Source: Chlorokybus atmophyticus
Lineage: Eukaryota; Plantae; Mesostigma and Chlorokybus algae
Assembly (NCBI GenBank): GCA_009103225.1
Contig: RHPI01000818.1
Coordinates: 1-64,000 of the forward strand
DNA: 64,000 nucleotides
Reading direction: 5' to 3'
Positions 1 through 9,548 of this stretch are shown piece after piece. The position numbers and the translations under genes are program-made. The number at the start of each line of letters is the position of its first letter. Position 1 is the first letter of the stretch. The notes under the pieces were generated by a model that worked only from the letters and a program-made list of their open reading frames with translations, did no database searches and was not told the DNA's origin.

Positions 1-493
1 TGGGCAGGATTTCAACTTCCCTGTGGGCATGGGCCTCGACTGCTGGACAGAACGAGCGTGGTTTCGGCCACATTGGGATGAGGACAACGGAGAGGTACAG
101 GGCTTTCTGCCTCTCGAGGTGGTCTCGCGCACGCGCGCCCAACGCAAAATGGCTGCCATGGCCACACGCAGACACGCCCGCACCCGGAAGGCTATAATGG
201 CCATATACGACGGTGCTCGGACGCAAGTCGCTGCTGGTGCCACAACCCCGTGTCAAACCGGCGACCCCTCTCCCATCCCGTACAACGAGGAGCAGGAGGA
301 TGCCACCGTGGAAGTAGCATTACAAGACCCAGCTGAACGGCGCTGGCGCGCACAGGTGGACGCACACATCTTGCTCAGCCACCCACTGATCACCACGCGC
401 TTCCCCAACTACCGAAGCCACGTCAAGGTGCAGGACCACCATATGGTGGCCACCGGAGTGGTGGAATTCCACACCTTTCACAGGCAACAGGGC

Positions 494-1445
494 ATCACAG
501 TGTTGGAGCTGTTTGGAGGCATTGGCAGTGGTCTTGCTGCAATCCTCAACACGGGCGTGAAGGTTACCAAATACTATTACTGCGACCCAGACCCACACGC
601 GCAAACGGGCCTCAAGCACCACCTACGCCAACTGCACACCAGGTATCCACGGCACGGCTACCCCTCTCGGCATTGCAAGGCAGCCTCAAAGCGTTGCCAC
701 AGGACATCCGGCTGATTACTGAAGATCACCTACTGTCCCTTGGCAACGTCGACCTGTTAATAGCTGGATGGGAATGCCAAGGGCACTCCAGGGCAGGCAA
801 GGGACAAGGCCTCGATAACCCTCGCTCCAGATTGTTCCGGGAGCTGATGAGGATCATCCACCTCCTGCAACACCACCAGATCTCCAGACCCCTGGGGTAC
901 GTCATCGAAAATGTGCATTCAGAAGACGACAAGCGTCCGCACGTGGCCTCCAGCTACCGACAAGTTTGCTTCATTTTGGGGCACCCACTCAAGGTGAACG
1001 CGGCACGACATGGCTCGCGCGCACATCGTGTACGTGCCAAATGGACGAACTTGGCCACCGTGGAGGAGCTCATGACCGCCGAATACACGCGCAGCGCCCG
1101 GCCGCGCAACCTGCTGGTCGACGACATCCTTGACCCCGGCCGCACAGCAAACCTGACCTGCATCATGACCACCACTACTTCTACCAGTGCAATCAGCCTG
1201 GTCAGCCCCGTCGCGCACTCCCCACATTGGTGTCCTACCCGGGCTCCTACGCATTTCGGAACAATGGTGACGGGATGGTATTTGATGCGGCCACCAACAC
1301 GCTGGAAGAACCCAACGCACGCGAACGTGAACGCGCCATGGGTTTCTTCCCCAACAGCATCACAGGTTCATCGCTAACGGACAATCAGCAATGCCAGCTG
1401 CTTGGGCGCGCCATGGACCAGAGCAGCATGGTATGGCTGTTGGAG
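494..1445 (+). pseudogene. Retrotransposon-encoded C5-cytosine DNA methyltransferase domain, split by two frameshifts (~652 and ~1160)
   Basis: Motif I ITVLELFGGIG (ORF 23..715). Motif IV DLLIAGWECQGHS with the catalytic Cys kept, motif VI YVIENV and motif VIII HGSRAHRVR (ORF 673..1377). Motif IX/X-like ERERAMGF...LLGRAMD (ORF 1227..1937). Shifting frame restores the continuous text RLPLSALQGSLKALPQDI and HDHHYFYQCNQPGQPRRALPTLVSYP. Confidence 0.85.
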
Positions 1446-1619
1446 CTGAGCTTCGCGTTGCAGGACCCCCACGTGTCCTTCGAGGATCTCGAACACTTGG
1501 CTTGGGGGTGGGCTGATCGCGTAGCCGACACCAAGGCAGCTCACACAGCTCTCGAGGTGGTCCACATGGAGGAGCAAGCGGCAGTGACAGTGGAGGACAT
1601 TCCTGTGGTTGCCAATGCA

Positions 1620-4600
1620 ACCTCTTGGGACCATGCCATTGGCCCGGTGGCCACGGAAGACACTCGAGAGAAGCTGGAGGCTCTCCTCGATAAATGGAGG
1701 AGCCAATTCAGCTTCAATGTGAAGGAATTGGGTACATGTTCGGTGTACCAGATGAACATCGAGCTAGTGGACACTGAGCCGGTGTTCCGGCGACAATACA
1801 GGCTCTCCAAGTTGGAAGAAGACTTGGTGGAACAGAGATGTAAGGCACTGCTGGATGCAGGCCTTATCGAAGAGTCCACATCGGACTTCGCAGCAGCAAC
1901 CGTCATGCCCCTGAAGAAGGATTCAGCAGGCAACTGAACAGAGCGACGCATGTGTGGCGACTATCGTCCCCTCAACAACAAGACCAAGCAAGACCGGTAC
2001 CCCATGCCCACAGCAGAGGGTATTTTTGATGATGTGGGAGACTGCACAGTCTTCAGCATCCTGGACATGCGTCAGGGGTACAACCAGATCGCCATCGAGG
2101 ACGAGGACAAGCACAAGACCTCCTTCTGGGGCAACCGCCAGTTGTACCAATGGAAGGTAATGCCGTTCGGGCTGAAGAATGCCCCCGCCAAGTTTCAACG
2201 CGTCATGGACAAGGCCTTGAAGGGGTTGGACTGCGCGCGGTGCTACATCGATGACATCCTCATCTTCAGCCGCAGCAACGAGGAGCATCTTCAGCACATC
2301 GAAGCGGTGCTGGAACGACTCAAGGGAGTGGGGATGACCGTACACCCCGACAAGTGTACCTTCTTCACCCACAAGGTGCCGTACTTAGGGCACATGATTG
2401 TGCCCCATGGTGTGTATGTGCAGCAGGCAAAAGTAGAGGCTCTGGCAGCTATCCCTGCCCCGACAGACCTCACGCGCCTGCGCGCTTTCTTGGGACTTGC
2501 CAACTATTATCGCCGATTCGTGAAGGACTTCGCGAAGATCGCAAGGCCCCTCAACGAGCTACTGAAAAAGGAGGTGGAGTTCGCGTGGAAGGAGCCGCAA
2601 CAGCAGGCCTTCGAGGAGCTGAAGAGCAGACTCACCAGCGCTCCCATCCTTCAACGTCCGGACTACGCCAAGCCTTTCATCCTTCACACCGACTGGAGCA
2701 AGCTGGGGATGGGAGCGGTGCTGGTGCAGCACGATGAGCACAAGAAGGAGCGGGTGGTGGCATACGCCAGCCGAAGCAACAACAGCGCCGAGGCCAACTA
2801 CAGCAGCTATGAAGGGGAATGCCTCGCTGCAGTGTGGGCCATCTCCTTCTTCCGACCTTTCCTCTTTGGTCGACAGTTCCAACTGATCACCGATTATCAG
2901 CCCCTCAAGTGGCTGATGACCAACCAACATCTGACAGGGAAACTTGCTCGATGGGCCCTGCTGTTACAGGAATACGACTTCGAGATTGACCACCGCGCTG
3001 GCCTCACCAACCAAGACGCCGATGGCCTCAGTCGCAACCCCCACCTCAGCACCAACGACGCAACTGGAGCGCGGCATGAGCTCATCCCTGCAGCAACAGC
3101 TCCCACCATGGCAGCCATGTTTGCTGCTGCCGCGTTGCGCTCAGGGCGCAAGACCCACACCACAACCTCAGCAGTGGTAGAGGAGATTCCTGCCCTTGAG
3201 TCTACCGACCCTGCGGCAATCAATCCCTTGGGGGACGCCCACGCAGCCGACATTGACGTCGAGGACACAGAGCTGGCGCCCACTGACACCAGGCAGGACA
3301 TATGGCACGACAAGCCATCACTCTCCTTTCTTCAACGTGGCCATCTCCCCTCTGGCATGAGCGCTCGAGAGAAGGACCGGGTCAACCAACGCACCCGTCA
3401 CTATCGCTGGGCAGGTGACAAGCTGTATCGCCGCTTCCACGGCGAAGACAAGGAAGTGCCGACACCAGTCACGCGCAAGGACATCATCGCTTCCCTCCAC
3501 ACTGAGCTTGGACACTTTGGTGTCAAGCGCACAGTCAGTCTAGTGAGAGCACAGTATTGGTGGTATGGATTAACAAAACAGGTGCAAAGGTTCGTCAGTC
3601 ACTGCCAGCAGTGTGACATGGTGCGCGCCAGCCTCAACACGCGTAGCGCCACCTTGCACCCACTCCCCATCTCCGGTCTCTTTTACCGATGGGGACTCGA
3701 CATCTTGGGGGACTTGGCACCCTCAGCACGTGGCAACCGTTACATCCTGGTCATGATTGAGCACTTCTCCAAATGGGTGGAGCTGGTGCCATTACCCGAC
3801 AAGAGCAGCAGGGGGGTGTCTCAAGCCTTCCTCTCTTACGTTCTCAGCCGCTTTGGCAGCTGCGCCGAGGTCATCACCGACCAAGGTACTGAGTTCAGAG
3901 GGGAATTCGACACCCTCTTGGACAAATGTTACATCGACCACCGCCGTACCTCGCGTGATCACCCTCAAGCCGACGGCCTCGCCGAGCGGACGGTACAGAC
4001 CATCAAGAAGGCACTCCGCAAATACGTGTTGGAGTACAAGAAGGACACTTGGGATGACCACCTACCATGGGTGGCCCTTGGGTATCGGTTGTCAAAACAG
4101 GCAGCTCTGCGGGAGTACAGCCCGTACTACCTGTTGTTTGGGCGACCACCATTGCTCCCCTTCCGTGCGCAACAGGAGGTGGATCGCGTCGTGAACAACC
4201 TCGACGACCCTGACTGGATGCACCACGACATCACCACGCGCGCCGCACTTTTCGAGCGCACCGTCCCCATGGCCTTCAACAATCTGCGCATCGCGCAGCA
4301 TCGCGACACGCTGCGCTACGAGCGCGTACGTAGCGGCTTTTACAAGGAGCGCCAACGGCGATTCCAAGCGGGGGACCTTGCCTATCGCATGGCAGCCACC
4401 AAAGACACGCTTGACACCTCCGTAAGCCGCACCGTCTACAAGGTACTCAAAGTGTACCCCACAGGGGTGCTGGACCTCCTTGGTCAAAACGGAGAAAGGT
4501 TGAAGGACAACATGGTGAACTGTGCGCCATGTCACCTCCCTTACGTAGCTGGCTTCGGGCGTATCCAGCACCCTCGTCCTGCGCGCAGCACACGCTGTGA

Positions 4601-4760
4601 ACACTGCGGCAGCGCCGGCGACGACGCACTCATGATGCTCTGCGATGGCTGCAACAAAGGCCTGCATTGCTACTGCCTGGAGCCACCTTTGGACACGATA
4701 CCTATGGAAGAATATTGGTGCGACGACTGCCGTACCAACGGCCCTCCTCACTTGCGCTAG
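1620..4760 (+). CDS. Ty3/Gypsy pol: reverse transcriptase, RNase H, H2C2+DDE integrase, C-terminal PHD finger; one in-frame TGA at 1935-1937
   Basis: RT motifs RMCGDYRPLN, MPFGLKNAP and YIDD. RNase H FILHTDWS and LITDYQPL. Integrase H..LGHFG...C..C, WGLDILG, VITDQGTEF and GLAER. PHD CEHC...CDGC...HCYCL.PPL..IP...YWCDDC. Confidence 0.95.
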
Positions 4761-4804
4761 TAGCTGAGCTCTGGAGCTGGAACCTTCCCCAGAGCCCAGG
4801 GGGG

Positions 4805-5047
4805 GTGGCTTGTTGACTTTGTATGCTACAACACAACATGTTCTTAGGGAAAACACCGACTCCATCTGCCCGTACTACCCAGCAGCAGCACCCCAGCTGC
4901 ACGAAGCACTTGTCACCATGAGGGGGGAGGTCATCTTTCTGTTCTTGCTACGCGTCACCCAGGTGGCGCAGCAGCATGTCCAGCACAGTATGGCTGTCCA
5001 TGCAGCTGTCCGAGACAGCGTGACCCTCGACTCCCCTCGACCCGACA
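4805..5047 (+). repeat. Terminal repeat segment A, copy 1 (243 bp, ends GACA)
   Basis: Direct repeat of 5640-5882 with only 2 substitutions seen. A diverged copy lies on the - strand at 27209-27446. Confidence 0.95.
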
Positions 5048-5049
5048 GC

Positions 5050-5648
5050 TGTCATGCCTATCGCCCCAGCATGCCAGTCGTCATCGGGCATGCCTACAGC
5101 GAGACCCTCGCCCGGCTTACCAGCATGGCAACCCGCGTGCGCCTCTGACCAGTAGCTAGGTCATGTCCCTAGAGTAGTTCGTGACCATAGCCTGCATAGG
5201 CACCGCGCGTAGCTGTGCAGTTGTGAGTTCAGTTATAAGTCCGGTTCTATATCGAGTGGGCATTTCCTGTGGAAATAGCCTCGATATGACCGTTAGCTTA
5301 TGTTCTGGACAGTCATGAGTTGACTTGTATAAGTAAGCACAGTGTTCACCGGATCAGCTGGTGACACTGTAAGTGAGAAAGCTAAGAGCTTGTGAAGCGA
5401 CTTGAACTACGAACACACCGTCCTGGTTCCCAAGAATCCCCTCACCGTGTGAGAGCCTGTGCATGTTCTTGTGCACTGTGCTTGTTCTTGCTGTGAGCTT
5501 TGTGTACTTGGTCGCGGTGTGCTTGTTGGCATCAGTCAGGGCATAGCATCCACGTGTTGCTTGCTCATTCACCTCACTTAACAGTGTAATCCCTCTCCCA
5601 CTCACGCAAAGAACTGTGTAAACAGCACTACCTATAGTAGTGGCTTGT
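5050..5648 (+). repeat. Terminal repeat segment B (~600 bp, starts TGTCATGCC)
   Basis: Homologous along its whole length to the reverse complement of 28565-29157, where it precedes a gag ORF. Confidence 0.9.
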
Positions 5649-5882
5649 TGACTTTGTATGCTACAACACAACATGTTCTTAGGGAAAACACCGACTCCAT
5701 CTGCCCGTACTACCCAGCAGCAGCACCCCAGCTGCACGAAGCACTTGTCACCATGAGGGGGGAGGTCATCTCTCTGTTCTTGCTACGCGTCACCCAGGTG
5801 GCGCAGCAGCATGTCCAGCACAATATGGCTGTCCATGCAGCTGTCCGAGACAGCGTGACCCTCGACTCCCCTCGACCCGACA
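5640..5882 (+). repeat. Terminal repeat segment A, copy 2; apparent right end of the element
   Basis: Near-identical to 4805-5047. Similarity to the family stops after CCCGACA and is followed by GTAC plus chromovirus-derived sequence. Confidence 0.95.
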
Positions 5883-5899
5883 GTACGCTTAATGTGCAA

Positions 5900-7182
5900 C
5901 AGCCTGAAAATCCTTTTCTAAAGGAAGTGTCCACAGGTCATAACTCAAATGATTGGTTTAGCAGTTAAACGAACTTGCAACAGCTTATTGCTGTTGGCAA
6001 TCTGTCGTATGAAGGGGAGCAGTTGGCAATTCCCAACTCGGGTGCCTTGCGCAGCAATGCTTACAATCAGTGCATGACCCGCCGTATGCTGGGCATTTAA
6101 GGAAACACAACACTCAAAGCTGCGCAACAGTTATACTGGTGGCCGTCAATGTCGGCTGATGTGGATCAATATGTTCGCACATGTGACGTGTGTTAACGTA
6201 ATAAGCCACTACGACAAAAACAAGCGGAATTGCTTAAACCATTGGCAATCCCAGACTAAACGTGGGATAGTGTCAGTATGGATGTGATTACTGACCTACC
6301 AAAAACAGTAGCCAAATACACTGCTATTGTGTTTTTTGTCGACCGTTTGACCCAAATGGTGCATTTTGCCCCGTGTTGCACAACGGTTTAAAGGAGACCC
6401 CAATTTTCTTGAATCATGGGATTCGCCCGAACACACCAGCGTCATTGCGTGTACCTCGCAATGCCCTGACTATACCAGCGGCACAGAAATTTGCCATTGA
6501 TATGCAAAAAAAAGTAGGCTCGAGCCAAGCTATATGTCAGAAGCACAGGACAGACAAAAAGCTTATGCTGATACACATTGAAGAATGGCCACATTTGATG
6601 TCGGCGATAAAGTTTTGCTTAACGCAAAAAACATGACCATCGAAGGTACGTGTGCTCGCAAGTTGCTGCCCCGATGGTTAGGTCCGTTTTCTATTACTGA
6701 TACAGTTGGTACGCACGCTTATTGACTGCAATTGCCCCCAAGTGTGCGTATGCACAACGTGTTCCACGGGAACTTGTTGAAACCATACCGCTCAGACGGT
6801 AGATTACAGCCTCCACCACCACCGGTTGAGGTGGACAGCGAGCACGAATACGAGGTGGAAACTAATTTGGACCATAAGCTGAGTAGTCGGGGACGCGCAA
6901 CCCGCTATTTGGTGAAATGAAAAAGGTATGGCCCGGAACATAACAGTTGGGAGCCCGGCAGGCATCTTACGCACTGCCGCCAGTTGCTTCGAGCTTACTG
7001 GGACACACGTCCCGACCCGTGAAACTGTGGGCTTGGTTGATGACAGACTGGCAGTGCAGTTTCATTACCACCCTGTCATTTCCTGCTATCTCACTGGTTA
7101 AAATTACTTGAAATACAACTTAATTAACTTGAGTTCAACGAGGGCGTTGAAAAGCTAACTAGGGGGGGGGGGGGGGGGGGGG
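5900..7182 (+). mobile_element. Decayed chromovirus (Ty3/Gypsy) remnant: integrase fragments, chromodomain and PPT
   Basis: Broken frames give W.SVSMDVITDLP...FVDRLTQMVHF, MHNVFHGNLLKPY and EYEVETNLDHK...RYLVK*KRYGPEHNSWEP. A poly-G tract runs into the gap at 7183. Confidence 0.85.
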
Positions 7183-8597
7183 NNNNNNNNNNNNNNNNNN
7201 NNNNNNNNNNNNNNNNNNNNNNNNNNNNNNNNNNNNNNNNNNNNNNNNNNNNGGGGGCAGCAATAACAATAGGGGTATTATTGCTACCTAAATAACACAT
7301 TTTGTATGAATAAGTATTTAAATATGCTTATTTATACCTCTTTTCTACGGTTCCTCGCTTCAAGGCTATGATGCTGTATCATAGCTCAAATAAGTCCCAA
7401 TGGGTGTAAAACCGCTTATTCAAGCATATTTACTGTCACATTAGATAAATGTTATCACTATCTTGTTAGGTACCTTATGATTGGTATCTTTCGATAGGTA
7501 CCTTATCTGAGTTGTGATGATGGCTCACGCTAGATTTTCCAATTACCCTATCTGTAGGGTCGATGTCTAATCGTGAAATAATGATCGAATGGTGTATATT
7601 TGATATACTCTTGATATGAAAGGTCACATCAAACGGATGTGACCTCATTTTCAGTTCTCTGCTTAGTGGCGGCCACGCCGCTGAAAGGCTTGTCATAGGC
7701 GGTGTGGGTGTTAGGGTAGAGGATTGAAGGGGCATTACCGGCGACGGTGGTGCTGTTACACTCAATGTATGTGTCTGGTGAAAAGCTGCTTGCTTGCATC
7801 GAATGTATGTGTCTGGTGAAAAGCTGCTCAACAACGCAGCTCGACGCAAGCCAGCAGCTTGTTGCGTTTTGCCTGCTGCTTCGACCTTAAACTCGCATGA
7901 GTTTCGCAGGCAAGTTGCTTGCTGTAACCGCTTATAGCTCACACACTTGTGGCTTGTTTCGTTCTTGCAGTAGCTTTGTGGTGTTCAGGCACAGCAGCTG
8001 ACGGTTGCCGTTCTACCTGCTGTGTGCAATCAATGACGGCAAATAACTTGGTAAGTTACGCATGCAGTAGCAGGTGCCTAGTGAGCCGCTCAGAGCAGAA
8101 TCTCATAGCCGTTTGATGCTTGTATTGTTTATTGTTCGTTGTTGTTGTTGTTTTTGTTGTTGTTGTTCGCTTTGTTGCATTCATGTGTTTACCCACATGT
8201 CGTGCATTTGCTTAATACTTACGCTGCTGTGCCTGACAGGCCCGTTGAACGGCATAGTAGAACCACAACCTGCCTATCAAGCTTACAACCATGCAGCGCG
8301 TGCGACTTCAGATATGGTAGTAAGTCAATCGTGCATATTGGAAGACTGTTAGCTTAAGCCAGTGACACTTGCCAGCAGCTAGAGCTAGAGCTAGAGCAGT
8401 AGTGCATGGCAATTTAAACACTTGTAAACTTGTTTCTCTATAAGTCTTACAATGGATGCAGTGCTTTGTGCGCAGCCGCAACATGGCTATCGTGCGCGCA
8501 AGCAGAACCACAACATAATGGTCACCGTCACTTGTTTGCTTCTTATGGGTTTGTTTGCTGGTTTGCTAGTTCGCTTGATGGATCTGTTGGTCTTCAT

Positions 8598-9375
8598 TGT
8601 TGGAGGTTAGGACCAGGTTTAGCCGTCCTTGGACTCCATTCAGCTTGGTCTAGCTAAGTGTTGAAGCTCCAACACTTAGCTAGACTAAACCTGGTCCTAA
8701 CCTCGAGGTTAGGACCAGGTTTAGCCGTCCTTAGATTCCATTCAGCTTAGTCTAGCTAAGTGTTGGAGGTTAGGACTAGAGTTAGCCGTCCTTACACTCC
8801 ATTCAGCTTAGTCTAGCTAAGTGTTGGAGGTTGGGACCAGGTTTAGCCATCCTTATACTCCAGTCAGCTTAGTCTAGCTAAGTGTTGGAGGTTAGGACCC
8901 GGTTTAGCCATCCTTAGACTCCAGTCAGCTTAGTCTAGCTACGTGTTAGAGTTTATGACCAGGTTTAGCCATCCTTAAACTCCAGTCAGCTTAGGCTAGC
9001 TAAGTACTTATAACTTTGGTACTTAGTAGACTCCAGTGCTGACCTTTTTGTTGGAAACTGTTAGTCCTAACAGTTTGGTCCGTTTAGGATTGATGTTGGG
9101 TCTTATATTAATCAAACCCGCCTTGTATACTATGTTTAACTTGTATATCGAGTTCTTTGTAGTGTTGACTGTTATTGGGTATAAGGGGACGCCGACACAC
9201 GTTTAATATGGTTCACTTTGCTTGTGCTTAAGTCTGATGGCGGCGGAAGCCTTAGCCTGGGCGTGGTCTGGACTGGTCTGGTCTGGCATGGTCTAGTCTG
9301 ATTGTTTTTTGCTTGCACAGACGGTTTGACGGTGTTGTGTTGTGTGTCTACGCATAGGAAGCTTGCATCTCAACA
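8598..9375 (+). repeat. Copia 5' LTR containing about six 61-bp tandem units and a short internal inversion
   Basis: Units begin at ~8598, ~8700, 8761, 8822, 8883 and 8944. The rest aligns with the 3' LTR. Confidence 0.9.
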
Positions 9376-9548
9376 AGTTATGGGCCCACATTCGTTGGTT
9401 TAAGAGCTTGCTTAGACATCTTGGCGGAAGTGTGCACTATGGTAGCAAGGGTTATTCTGAGTCTGCCGATTGGGGCTAGACTGTGGAGGTCTGCGAGCTT
9501 AATCGGCTGTTCTTTAGCTTGAATGTCCTATCAGTAGGGGGTTGTGCT

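Larger units (their letters stand above)
1..5882 (+). mobile_element. Ty3/Gypsy-like retroelement carrying a C5 DNA methyltransferase and a PHD finger, with atypical split terminal repeats; 5' part lies outside the window; decayed
   Basis: Domain order is DNMT-RT-RNaseH-integrase-PHD on the + strand. A G7 purine tract lies at ~4799-4805, followed by the A-B-A repeat structure ending ...CCCGACA at 5882. Confidence 0.9.

Noticed and set aside
1935-1937. Programmed readthrough of TGA between the DNMT/RT start and the rest of pol
   Set aside because: The context GN*TERRMCGDYR fits a mutated Trp codon (TGG to TGA), and two frameshifts nearby show general decay.
1-5882. Classifying the split-repeat element as a DIRS/Ngaro tyrosine-recombinase retrotransposon
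   Set aside because: It encodes a clear H2C2+DDE integrase, no YR motifs are visible in the window, and its relative makes a 4-bp TSD. The unseen 5' part cannot be excluded.
4702-5968. Duplicated small ORFs (MLTLYATTQH..., MQLGCCCW...)
   Set aside because: They simply reflect the two copies of repeat A and have no protein-family features.
7253-8340. Possible 3' LTR of the chromovirus remnant
   Set aside because: The position fits, but there is no second copy or defined end in the window to support it.
8598-9010. CRISPR-like array
   Set aside because: The units are contiguous 61-bp tandem repeats with no unique spacers, inside a Copia LTR of a eukaryote.
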